Source of the DNA: Candidatus Shapirobacteria bacterium
GTDB lineage: Bacteria > Patescibacteriota > Microgenomatia > UBA12405 > BS750m-G30
Length of the DNA: 64,000 nt
Assembly (NCBI GenBank): GCA_043817235.1
Contig: JBDRHA010000007.1
Location: forward strand, 137,212 to 201,211
Reading direction: 5' to 3'
The translations under genes were made by a program, and so were the position numbers. Position 1 is the first letter of the stretch; the number at the start of each line of letters is the position of its first letter. Below the pieces are notes generated by a model. The model was not told the origin of the DNA. It saw only the letters and a list, made by a program, of their open reading frames with translations, and made no database searches. Positions 45,613 through 54,272 of the stretch are shown in pieces.

Positions 45613-47124
45613 ATGAGTATAAAACCAATAAAAGAATTGACGAAGAATATTTTTCTACTTGTTTTAGCCGGTGTCGGGTTTTTTCTCCGAATTTTTGGGT
45701 TGGGGATGAACTATTCTTTTTGGACTGATGAGAATCACGTGGCCCTCTTTGCTGAAGCGATTTTAGCAAGAGGGAAGCCGGTTTTAGAAAATGGCTACCG
45801 TACGGGCGCATACCAAGGGCTTATGTACTGGGTTAGCGCTGCTTCGGCTAAACTTTGGGGATTGAACGAGTTTGGCATTCGTTTTCCTTCGGTTGTTTTT
45901 GGGGTTTTGACGATTATAGCAATTTATTTACTAGGCAAGGAGCTGTTTAATAAAAAAACAGCTTTGTTAGCGGCCTTTTTTCTTACTTTTTTAAAAATCG
46001 AAATTCTGATGAGCCGACAAGCAAGGCCTTATCAGGCTTTACAATTTTTCTTTCTTTTGTCAGCTTATTTTGTTTTTAAAATTATTGATAATAAAGATTT
46101 CAAAATAAAAAATTTACTCGGTTTTCTTTTTAGCGGTATCTTGGCTTGTTTAATGCACGGTTTGGGGCTGGCAGCTCTTTTTAGTGGTCTAGTATTCCTT
46201 CTATTGGTGAATTTTGATCAAAACAAAAGGTGGTTATTGCCTAGCTTGTTGGCTTTTTTAGGAAGCTGTCTTATTTTCCAAGAGCTGGTGTTTTCTTATT
46301 TTGCTCAGCTCGGGCAGGTGAATAATTTATTTTATTATCGTGTTTTCTTGGCTCACAATTATTTCCTATTTTGTTTGTTGGCATTTTTAGGTAGTTTTTT
46401 ACTAATTTGGCGGAGAAATTATCGGGACCTATTTTTATTTGCTGTTTTTCTAGGGGTTCAAATTATCATTGACTCTTTTTTTCTGAAGCAGCCATTTATT
46501 CGTTATTTTTATCCTGTTTTACCATTTATTATTTTACTTACTAGTTATGGGCTAGTTGAAATTATAGAGCTTGTTACTCCTGTTCTTTTTTCATCTCAAG
46601 GGAGGAGATTTGTGTCTTTTCGAGGAATTTGGATAAGTTTATTGTCAGCCGCTTTTATTCTTTTAACATTCTCTTTTCGAGATAAGTTTGTTTTTTGGCC
46701 ACAACAGACATACTCATTGAATGAAGACATGCAGGAAATTCCGGAAGTGGATTGGAAAAAGATATATGGTTTAGTGGCTGAGAAAAAGAAAGAAAATCCT
46801 GATTTAGTTTTGATAACCAATTGGAATGACTTATCGCTTTGGTATTTGGGCGAAGGCAACTTAAACTTTTTATTAAGAAGTGAAAAAAAAGAGATAGACG
46901 CTCTTTCGGGAGCAATAATTATTAATTCTTTGGGAAAGTTTGAAAAATTATTAGATGAAAATCGAAATGGAATCATTGTTTTGGATAGTTGGGATGATAG
47001 GGTGCCTGCAGGGATTAGGGAGTATGTGCACCAAAATTTAAAAAGAGAATATGAACTTGACCGGCTTTATCCGGTTCAGCCCCGATACTGGACGGTTTGG
47101 GTTTACTCTTGGGGCTTAGATTGA
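45613..47124 (+). CDS. ArnT/PMT-like GT-C glycosyltransferase (GT39/83)
   Basis: Contains GMNYSFWTDENHVALFAEAILARGKPVLENGY...GIRFPSVVFGVLTIIAIYLLGKELF. Confidence 0.7.
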   Translation: MSIKPIKELTKNIFLLVLAGVGFFLRIFGLGMNYSFWTDENHVALFAEAILARGKPVLENGYRTGAYQGLMYWVSAASAKLWGLNEFGIRFPSVVFGVLTIIAIYLLGKELFNKKTALLAAFFLTFLKIEILMSRQARPYQALQFFFLLSAYFVFKIIDNKDFKIKNLLGFLFSGILACLMHGLGLAALFSGLVFLLLVNFDQNKRWLLPSLLAFLGSCLIFQELVFSYFAQLGQVNNLFYYRVFLAHNYFLFCLLAFLGSFLLIWRRNYRDLFLFAVFLGVQIIIDSFFLKQPFIRYFYPVLPFIILLTSYGLVEIIELVTPVLFSSQGRRFVSFRGIWISLLSAAFILLTFSFRDKFVFWPQQTYSLNEDMQEIPEVDWKKIYGLVAEKKKENPDLVLITNWNDLSLWYLGEGNLNFLLRSEKKEIDALSGAIIINSLGKFEKLLDENRNGIIVLDSWDDRVPAGIREYVHQNLKREYELDRLYPVQPRYWTVWVYSWGLD

Positions 47125-47133
47125 TAGAATTTA

Positions 47134-48363
47134 TTGGTGAAAAGAAAAATATTTAAAAATGCTCTTTTTCTCTCCGGTTCTCAAATCTTAGGCCGAATTA
47201 TTGGCTTTTTTTATTTTATTTTTTTGGCCCGGGCATTGGGCGTGGAAGTGTTCGGAATTTACGCCTGGGTTTTAGGGTTTGTTTATAATTTTTATCCTTT
47301 GGCGGACTTTGGCCTAGAAAAAATAGTGATGCGCGATCTTCCGCGCCAGCCCGAAAAAGCTAATTATTATTTAAAGCGTCTCCTTCCTTTGCGCGTCTGG
47401 CTGGCGTTTTTCACCCTAATCCTTCTATTATTGGCTGGATTAATAATGGGCTTGGGCTTGCAAAAGCTATTTTTTGTTTTTTTATTTGGCTTGACTATTT
47501 TGCCTAGTAACCTAATTTATTTAATTGCCTTTATAGAAAATTCTCGGGAAAAGGCAGAAATTTATGCTTTTGTTAATTTAGCGATCTCTTTAGGCGCTGT
47601 TATTTTGGGTTGGTTTATAATTAACTTTGGTTTGCCGATCAGCTTTCTTTTCTTAACCTTTTTTATTTCCTGCTTGCTCACTTTACTTATTTTGTTAAAA
47701 TCGGGAAGAAAACTGAATTTAGAATTTGACTTGATCGTTGATTTGCCTTTTTGGAAAAGGATTTTAACTCAATCCTGGGTTTTTGCGGTAATCATTACTT
47801 TGGCTGTTTTCTATTTAAGAATCTCTTTAGTTTTGGTTGGCCGTATTCTGGGGGATTACTCGGCGGGAATTTACGCGGCTGCATCGAAATTCGTTGAGGC
47901 CGGAGTGATGATTCCTCAAGGGTTAACCCTTGCTCTTTTCCCCTTATCTTCTAGGTTATTAATAGAGAATAAGAAAAAATTAAAAAAGATCTATTTCTTA
48001 GTTTTTCTTTGCTTACTATTCGTTTCTTTGCCAGTGGCGGCTATTATGCACTGGGGAGGAAAATATATTATTCCTCTTGTTTATGGGGCAGAATATCTTC
48101 CTTCAGTGCCGGTTTTCTCTTTAATGGGTTTGCTGGTTATTTTTTTATTTGTAAATAGCATTGCCGGAAATGTTATTCATAATTCAAACAAAGTAAAGCA
48201 ATTTATCCCTTTTGCGTTTTTAAATTTTTTAGTCGCTTTGATTTTAGGCCTTGTACTGATTCCCAGATTTGGGGTAATCGGCGGAGTTTGGGCCATGATA
48301 GGCGGTGAAATTTTTGGCCTAATTATTAATAATTTTTTTGTTTTTAAAATACTGCGTGAGTAA
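47134..48363 (+). CDS. oligosaccharide flippase (Wzx-like, MOP superfamily)
   Basis: Contains LFLSGSQILGRIIGFFYFIFLARALGVEVFGIY, with about 12 TM helices. The start is TTG or GTG. Confidence 0.7.
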   Translation: MVKRKIFKNALFLSGSQILGRIIGFFYFIFLARALGVEVFGIYAWVLGFVYNFYPLADFGLEKIVMRDLPRQPEKANYYLKRLLPLRVWLAFFTLILLLLAGLIMGLGLQKLFFVFLFGLTILPSNLIYLIAFIENSREKAEIYAFVNLAISLGAVILGWFIINFGLPISFLFLTFFISCLLTLLILLKSGRKLNLEFDLIVDLPFWKRILTQSWVFAVIITLAVFYLRISLVLVGRILGDYSAGIYAAASKFVEAGVMIPQGLTLALFPLSSRLLIENKKKLKKIYFLVFLCLLFVSLPVAAIMHWGGKYIIPLVYGAEYLPSVPVFSLMGLLVIFLFVNSIAGNVIHNSNKVKQFIPFAFLNFLVALILGLVLIPRFGVIGGVWAMIGGEIFGLIINNFFVFKILRE

Positions 48364-49291
48364 TAAACCAGATCTTTCGATTATTATTTTGAACTGGAAC
48401 ACGAAAGAGCTTTTGGGAAAATGCTTAGAGTCTATTCCGAAAAATAAAGATTACGAAGTTATTGTTATTGATAATGCTTCTTGCGATAACAGCAAGGAAT
48501 TTTTAAAAAAATTACTTAATGCTAAAAGTCTAAATCTAAAAGTTATTTTTAATAAAAAGAATTTGGGATTTTCAAAGGCTAATAATCAAGGAATAAAAAC
48601 AGCTTCGGGAAAATATATTTTACTTTTGAATAGTGATACAGAAATTTGCGATTCAGCGTTGGAAAAACTTTTAAAATACTTTAAGAGCAATTCAAGAGTT
48701 CTTGCTGTTTCGCCTCTTCTTCTTAATCCGGATAAAACTTACCAGCAAAAATATTATTTAAAACTCCCTTCTCCTTTCAGAATTGGTTTATATCATAACT
48801 TAATCTTGCGACCCCTTATTGTAAAAACTTTTTTACGAGGGCTGTTAATCAATTCTTTAGAAAAAAAACAGCCCTTTTTAGTAGATCAGCTTTCGGCTAC
48901 AGCTTTAATGGTTAGGAGCGAAGTCTTAAAAAAATATTTTTTAGACGAAGATTATCCTTTTTTATTTGAAGACGTAGACTGGTGCTATCGAATACAAAAA
49001 GATTTTCCCAATAGCTTGTTGGTGGTTCCCGATAGTAAGGTAATTCATCTGGGAGGAGGAAGCTGGAAGCAGTGGTTAGACAAAGACCCTTATCATTTTT
49101 ACCAGCATCATTTTCGCTCACTTTTGATTTTTGCTAAAAAACACCAAGTAAGCTTAATTTTTATTTATAAAATAGTTTTGGCTTTTTGTTTTTTAACTAA
49201 TTTTTTAGTTAACTTAATATTTTTAAGGCTAAAAAATGCCGAAGTTCAGCGAAAATTGTTTTTTTGGGTATTATTTAACAAAAATATCTAA
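48338..49291 (+). CDS. glycosyltransferase family 2
   Basis: Contains LSIIILNWNTKELLGKCLESI...VIVIDNASCDNS...NLGFSKANNQG...LLLNSDT. The start is probably the GTG near 48355. Confidence 0.7.
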   Translation: MFLKYCVSNKPDLSIIILNWNTKELLGKCLESIPKNKDYEVIVIDNASCDNSKEFLKKLLNAKSLNLKVIFNKKNLGFSKANNQGIKTASGKYILLLNSDTEICDSALEKLLKYFKSNSRVLAVSPLLLNPDKTYQQKYYLKLPSPFRIGLYHNLILRPLIVKTFLRGLLINSLEKKQPFLVDQLSATALMVRSEVLKKYFLDEDYPFLFEDVDWCYRIQKDFPNSLLVVPDSKVIHLGGGSWKQWLDKDPYHFYQHHFRSLLIFAKKHQVSLIFIYKIVLAFCFLTNFLVNLIFLRLKNAEVQRKLFFWVLFNKNI

Positions 49292-49348
49292 AATAAGCCG
49301 ACAGGACAGGTTAAGTCTTGGCTGATATAAAAAGATCCTTCTTTTTCT

Positions 49349-50797
49349 TCACGGCGAAATTTTTTCTAAAATATAAACCTGGAGATTGTCAAGGCATTCG
49401 TATTTTTTTATTTCTTTCTTTGGGCCAAAAAGGGTAAGTTCATAAAATGAAGTTTTTTCCGGGTTATAGCGAGATTCTTCAACAATCAAAGCCATTTTCT
49501 GGGCGCTTTGGGGTTCGGTTTCAATTGCCCTAATGTTGCAGCCTGCTTCTTTAAATAAAAAGCGAAAGGTTTGCCCGGTATGGTAAGGAAAGAGTCCCGA
49601 TTGAACGGAAAGAAATAGGGGGTCTTTTTCCTGAGCGCAAACTTTTTGAGCACATTCTTGGGTTTCCTCGACGGTTCTATTTGCGGGATTAAAATAGCTT
49701 TTCGCTTGAGTGGGTCGGAGCCAAAGAGCGAGAATTAAGATTAGAATCGGAGCAAGAGTTTGATAGGGAAGTAGAGAAATAATAATTATTCCCAGAGTTA
49801 ATATTCCAAAGATAAAATGAGACTGCATGTCCCAGGGGATGATAAAAGTAAAAAATAAAGTGGCGGCGAGTAAAAATAAAGCTTGCCTAAGTAATATTTG
49901 GCTCTCTCTAATCGCTTTACTTTGAGACCTGTTTTTAAGCAATAAATAAATTCCAATACTTATAATGGCTAGCAAAATTATACCTGGCCAAAAAGGTGGA
50001 TAGGGTGAAATCGTGTATTGAAAAAGTTTACTTGATCGAACTATAATATCGGTTTGTTCTTGGGCTAAGCGAGGGTAAGTAAGCATTTGCTTGGCAAGAG
50101 TAAACTGATGGCGCAGTTCAAAAAAAAGAGTGGGCAAATTAAGAATAAAAAGCGATGCTCCTAAAGAAAGAACAAGGGGAATAAATTTTTTTCTGAGTTT
50201 AAGAAAAGCAAAAAAGACGTATGCGATAAAAACCGGGGCAACGCTAAAGGAAAGAGAAACAGCTGTGGTTAAACCAAGGGAGAACAAGATAAGAGTTTTT
50301 AACGAGTATCTTTCCAAGAGCTTGGCAAAAAAATAAAAAGCAGCCATAAGAAAAGGGGCCACAAATGAAGGGTTCCAGACAAAACGGTGCTGAATAATAA
50401 ACTGGGGCTGCAAGGAAAGCAATAACCAGGCAACAAATAAAGATTTTAGCCAAGCTGGTCGGTTTTTAAGTAAAAAGACTCCGACAATAAAAAAAGAAAT
50501 ATAAATCAAGGAGCAAGTATAGATCGTAGAAAAAGGGGAGTGCTTGGTAATTAGAAACAGGGGATAAAGAAGATAAAAATACAAGGCACTTTGGTTAAAA
50601 GGGATAGTGCTTGTTTGGGGGCCAAGCAAAGGCGGAGTTCCTTTTTCCCACCACAGACGCAAGGCAAGCAAATCCCGGCCCATGTCTACGGCAAAGAGCA
50701 AAGAGGTCTTGATTTTATATAGTCGGAAAAAAAGAAAAAGGGTGATTAGTAAAGCAGTAATTAAAAAAAGGGAAACATTTTTCCAGGATATTTTCAT
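49349..50797 (-). CDS. polytopic membrane protein with C-terminal soluble domain (GT-C-like)
   Basis: About 11 TM helices are followed by a roughly 120-aa C-terminal domain. Confidence 0.45.
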   Translation of the reverse strand: MKISWKNVSLFLITALLITLFLFFRLYKIKTSLLFAVDMGRDLLALRLWWEKGTPPLLGPQTSTIPFNQSALYFYLLYPLFLITKHSPFSTIYTCSLIYISFFIVGVFLLKNRPAWLKSLFVAWLLLSLQPQFIIQHRFVWNPSFVAPFLMAAFYFFAKLLERYSLKTLILFSLGLTTAVSLSFSVAPVFIAYVFFAFLKLRKKFIPLVLSLGASLFILNLPTLFFELRHQFTLAKQMLTYPRLAQEQTDIIVRSSKLFQYTISPYPPFWPGIILLAIISIGIYLLLKNRSQSKAIRESQILLRQALFLLAATLFFTFIIPWDMQSHFIFGILTLGIIIISLLPYQTLAPILILILALWLRPTQAKSYFNPANRTVEETQECAQKVCAQEKDPLFLSVQSGLFPYHTGQTFRFLFKEAGCNIRAIETEPQSAQKMALIVEESRYNPEKTSFYELTLFGPKKEIKKYECLDNLQVYILEKISP

Positions 50798-50836
50798 AAA
50801 CTGATTTTAACAAAAATGGGAATATTGTAAAAATTG

Positions 50837-50883
50837 ATCAAGTTTACCCACACCTGGTGTGGGTTAGGTAGACACCTTAGGAT
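50837..50883. repeat. REP-like palindromic element, copy 1 (inverted relative to copies 2 and 3)
   Basis: A 17-nt near-perfect palindrome cccacacctggtgtggg is followed by ttaggtagacacc. Confidence 0.55.
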
Positions 50884-50899
50884 AATTCTTAATTTTTGC

Positions 50900-51574
50900 T
50901 TAATCTTCCAAAACAAGATGCTTTATTCTTTCTAGTTTTCTTTGATAATCAAGCCGGTTAAAAACAAATTTCTGATAATCTTTCTTGCTTTTGAAAAAGC
51001 CCATAATCGCTTCGGTTTCTATGAAAGGACGAGGACTACCAGAAATATAGTCCATATAAGAATTCAGTTTATAATCCTTTAGTTCTTTTTCTTGCTTTAA
51101 AACATAAGAAGATAGGGGGTTCAGGTGGATGTATCTTGATAGGTGCGTGAATTGTTCCTCCGACTCAACTCTAATTCCCTTAAAAGGACCCTGAAAAAGA
51201 GGGCCATTTCGTCTATTTTTGATATTAAAATATTTAGCATAGCTGTTTTGAAGCAACCTTATAAAGTCTATAATTCCATGGTCAAGTTCTTGTCTTATTA
51301 AAAAATGGTAGTGGCTTGGCATAATTGAAAAGGAAAAAATTTTAATTTTTTCAGGTGAAGCATACAGGGAGTCTAGATAATTGTTTTTGTTTTGGGCAGG
51401 AAGTCTATTGTAATGAGAAAATCTTAGAGGATTATCTTTGAATCTGTAATAGTCAATAAGTTCTAAAATTCTTTTAGAGTTTAATTTGTTGCTAAAAATT
51501 GGTTGTTGTTCAATGCTTCTGTTGTATATGTGGTATGTTTCTCTGCTGACAAAAAATGTTTTTCTTGAAGGCAT
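50900..51574 (-). CDS. Y1 HUH transposase (IS200/IS605 TnpA-like / REP-associated tyrosine transposase-like)
   Basis: Contains YHIYNRSIEQQPIF (cf. HxxxRGxxxxxIF), the HUH motif HYHFLI and the catalytic Tyr context LSRYIHLNP. Confidence 0.7.
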   Translation of the reverse strand: MPSRKTFFVSRETYHIYNRSIEQQPIFSNKLNSKRILELIDYYRFKDNPLRFSHYNRLPAQNKNNYLDSLYASPEKIKIFSFSIMPSHYHFLIRQELDHGIIDFIRLLQNSYAKYFNIKNRRNGPLFQGPFKGIRVESEEQFTHLSRYIHLNPLSSYVLKQEKELKDYKLNSYMDYISGSPRPFIETEAIMGFFKSKKDYQKFVFNRLDYQRKLERIKHLVLED

Positions 51575-51589
51575 AAAAAAATAATATTC

Positions 51590-51640
51590 AAAAAATCCCG
51601 AGGTGTCAAGCTATCCCACACCAGGTGTGGGCGAGTAGGG
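51590..51640. repeat. REP-like palindromic element, copy 2
   Basis: aaaaaatcccgaggtgtcaagctatcccacaccaggtgtgggc is about 45 nt near-identical to copy 3. Confidence 0.55.
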
Positions 51641-51672
51641 CGAGCATGTGTAGCAATTTGTAATCCCAGTCT

Positions 51673-51681
51673 TGCTATAAT
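51673..51681 (+). promoter_or_regulatory. extended -10 promoter element TGcTATAAT
   Basis: tgcTATAAT lies 33 nt upstream of the ATG at 51714. An AGGAA ribosome-binding site sits 6 nt before the ATG. Confidence 0.35.
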
Positions 51682-51713
51682 AATCCAGTTAAATTTGTGA
51701 TTTTAGGAATCGT

Positions 51714-52214
51714 ATGAAAATTGCCATTATGTCGGATTCGCACGATCGCTGGGATTATTTAGAAAAAGCAATAGAAATTGCGAATAAAGAAGGCTGTGGG
51801 TATTTATTGTTCGCTTGTGATTTGATCTCTCCCCAAGGAGTGCCAGTATTAGAAAAATTTAAAGGTAAAGTAATATTTGTTTGGGGAAATAATGAAGGAG
51901 AAAGAGCGGGCTTGAAAAGAAAATTCGAAGATTTAAAGAAAGTTGAATTTTTTGGAGACACTTACAAAGGAGAGTTATCCGGTCTTAAAATTTTTATGAA
52001 TCACTATCCTCAGAAAGTTGAGTCAGCGGCAAAATCTGGAAATTATGATCTTTGCATTTTTGGTCATACACATCAATATTTTCAAGAAAAGGTTGGCTGC
52101 TGGCTTATTAATCCAGGAGAAATTCAGGGTTATTCTTCCGGCCAGACAACCTTCTCCATTTTTGACTCTGAAGCCAAGAAACCAGAAAAGAGGCGCATAG
52201 CTTCTGGTATATGA
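51714..52214 (+). CDS. metallophosphoesterase, YfcE/MJ0936 family
   Basis: Contains IAIMSDSHD...LLFACDL...VWGNNEGE...IFGHTHQ, the calcineurin-like phosphoesterase motifs I to V. Confidence 0.75.
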   Translation: MKIAIMSDSHDRWDYLEKAIEIANKEGCGYLLFACDLISPQGVPVLEKFKGKVIFVWGNNEGERAGLKRKFEDLKKVEFFGDTYKGELSGLKIFMNHYPQKVESAAKSGNYDLCIFGHTHQYFQEKVGCWLINPGEIQGYSSGQTTFSIFDSEAKKPEKRRIASGI

Positions 52215-53020
52215 TACCAATGAAAAAATATATTTTTGATTGCACGAAGGCTCTGAAATTGTCAAAAACTAAGAAAACCAACCTAAAATTCGTATCGCTT
52301 GATTTGGAGCAAATAAAAAAGAGAGTGCCGGAAATAGAGAAAATAGTTGTTCGAGGGGGATTTGTAGCTGATTTAATACTCGGGTGTTCGCCTTGCGATA
52401 TCGACTTGTTTTATCAAATAAAAGATAAAAAAACAGGTGAATATTCCAAAAAATGTCATTGCTCGGAAATTAAAAAAGCTATTAGGAAAATAAATTTTAA
52501 AATTTTTGACTGGAATGAAATTGATTTGGAAAACTCGTTTGAGAAACCACCCTTATTTGATCTGATTGAACGAACTTTAGGAGTTTTTAGTTATCATACG
52601 GATTTTTTGTCAATGTTTTGTATTGATGAACACGGAAAGATTTGGAGCAACAAAGATTCATTTTATTGTCTTAAAAATAAAATACTTGAATTAAATTATG
52701 CTGGCTTTGTTCCGTGGAGTTATTTTCGAAAAAAACATGAAAACTTTGATTTTTATTCCTTTCCTTTATATGTAATCACAAGAGGTTTAGCTCATATATC
52801 GAGAAGAGATCTTAAGCCAGGTAAGAATTTTCGGCTATTGCTAAAACAAACACCCTTTTTATTAGCTAATGCGAAAAGGGGGAGAGATTATAAACATGTC
52901 CAAAATTATATGCAAAAGAAACTAGCTAATGTAGACTATCAAAAGGTGATAAAGCAAGTGCTGGGAAGGGGATCTTCTAGAGTAATTAAATCTTTCCAGG
53001 AAATCCTTGTAGAAAAATAG
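52211..53020 (+). CDS. hypothetical protein with Pol-beta-type nucleotidyltransferase motif
   Basis: VRGGFVADLILGCSPCDIDLF fits G[GS]x9-13Dh[DE]h and resembles the GGxVRDxLLGxxxxDID head motif of CCA/poly(A) polymerases. A later IDEHG supplies a possible third Asp. Its start overlaps the stop of the metallophosphoesterase gene by 4 nt. Confidence 0.35.
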   Translation: MIPMKKYIFDCTKALKLSKTKKTNLKFVSLDLEQIKKRVPEIEKIVVRGGFVADLILGCSPCDIDLFYQIKDKKTGEYSKKCHCSEIKKAIRKINFKIFDWNEIDLENSFEKPPLFDLIERTLGVFSYHTDFLSMFCIDEHGKIWSNKDSFYCLKNKILELNYAGFVPWSYFRKKHENFDFYSFPLYVITRGLAHISRRDLKPGKNFRLLLKQTPFLLANAKRGRDYKHVQNYMQKKLANVDYQKVIKQVLGRGSSRVIKSFQEILVEK

Positions 53021-53034
53021 ACAATAATTAAGGA

Positions 53035-53994
53035 ATGATAGATGTTCTGAAATCAACCAAGTTTATTTTGGATCAATCAAAATACGCAAGGGTTAGTCAA
53101 AAAGCAATATGCTCTTTGACTAACAGGGTAGGCAAAAAAGATTTACAGGCTTCAGAGATTGGTCTTGTGATGCAGGGCTGGCCTTTAGATACCCTTTTAC
53201 AGTTAATTTTTATTTTTAATACTATTAACTTTTGTTTTTGGGCGGGTAAGAATAAAGAGAAGTGGACAGTTAAAATTGGCGATGAAGAACTTGACGGATC
53301 AATTGCGCTTTTTAGATGTATAGAAAAAGAGACTGAAAAGAATAGCGCTTTATTGTCGGGGAGTGAGTTAGCTAATTTATCCCGCTCGCATTTACAAAAT
53401 ATTTTGACAGGGAATACAACAATTCCCCTATTCAATGAAAGATTAAGGTGTTTAAATGAAGCGGGAAGAGTGCTGGAAAAGCAGTTTGGAAATTCATTTA
53501 TCGACATTTATAAAAGGGCAAGGGGAGATGCCATGCTCCTTGCAGATCTTCTGGTCACGCGTTTCCCCTGTTTTAATGATATTTCTACGTACGGGAGACA
53601 AATAGTCGGTTTTTATAAAAGAGCCCAATTGAATTCGAAAATGATAAGCGATGCGCTTGTTTCACATGGCGAAAAGGAATTAAAGAATTTAGACAAGCTG
53701 ACAGCGTTTGCTGATTACAAAATCCCCCAAATGCTAAGGAAGCTAGGGGTAATTAAATATTCCAAGGAGTTAGCAGAGAAAATTGACTCTTACGTTTTAA
53801 TAGGGAAAGATTCGGAAGAAGAAGTAGAGATTAGGGTGGCCACGATTTGGGCAGTTGAGATTATTAGACAAGAAGTAGAGAAAAGATATGGTTTTGTTAC
53901 AGCGGCAGATGTTGACACTATGCTTTGGAATAGATCTCAAACTAAGCAAATGGGAGATAAGCCTTATCATCGAACTCTAACGATTGCTTACTGA
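53035..53994 (+). CDS. queuosine salvage protein (QNG1/DUF2419, queuosine 5'-phosphate N-glycosylase/hydrolase-like)
   Basis: Blocks IFNTINFCFW, LFNERLRCLNEAGRVLEKQFGNSF, FYKRAQLN, LTAFADYKIPQMLRKLGVIKYS and EEVEIRVATIWAVEIIR align with the conserved blocks of human QNG1/C9orf64. Confidence 0.8.
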   Translation: MIDVLKSTKFILDQSKYARVSQKAICSLTNRVGKKDLQASEIGLVMQGWPLDTLLQLIFIFNTINFCFWAGKNKEKWTVKIGDEELDGSIALFRCIEKETEKNSALLSGSELANLSRSHLQNILTGNTTIPLFNERLRCLNEAGRVLEKQFGNSFIDIYKRARGDAMLLADLLVTRFPCFNDISTYGRQIVGFYKRAQLNSKMISDALVSHGEKELKNLDKLTAFADYKIPQMLRKLGVIKYSKELAEKIDSYVLIGKDSEEEVEIRVATIWAVEIIRQEVEKRYGFVTAADVDTMLWNRSQTKQMGDKPYHRTLTIAY

Positions 53995-54028
53995 GAAGTA
54001 TTTTACGCGCCGGGCGAAATAAATATTT

Positions 54029-54085
54029 AAAAAATCCCGAGGTGTCAAGCTATCCCACACCTGGTGTGGGCAAGTTAGGTAAGTT
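54029..54085. repeat. REP-like palindromic element, copy 3 (solo)
   Basis: aaaaaatcccgaggtgtcaagctatcccacacctggtgtgggcaagttaggtaagtt lies in the intergenic region after the QNG1 gene. Confidence 0.55.
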
Positions 54086-54272
54086 ATTTCTATTTTTAAA
54101 AGATATTGAAAGATACGAAAAGAAAAAAGAGGTAAATTTTGAATTTCGTCAAAGATGGGAAGAGCCAAAATACCGATTAAGACCAGATTTTCAAAGCCAC
54201 ATCGAAGGAGATATATTACGCGGGAATTGAGTTAAATTGTGCTGAAGCTCTATTTTGAAGTAAAATATTGCT

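Larger units (their letters stand above)
50837..51640 (-). mobile_element. REPtron-like unit: Y1 transposase gene bracketed by inverted REP-like palindromes
   Basis: Copy 1 (3' of the gene) and copy 2 (5' of the gene) are in inverted orientation. The element sits in an intergenic gap between glycan genes and housekeeping genes. Confidence 0.5.

Noticed and set aside
49292-49348. Rho-independent terminator between convergent genes
   Set aside because: Only weak, mismatched inverted repeats (gccgacag...gtcttggc) and no clean T-tract.
54042-54230. 62-aa ORF overlapping the solo REP-like element
   Set aside because: It begins inside the palindromic repeat and is low-complexity and Lys-rich. The palindrome itself explains the open frame.
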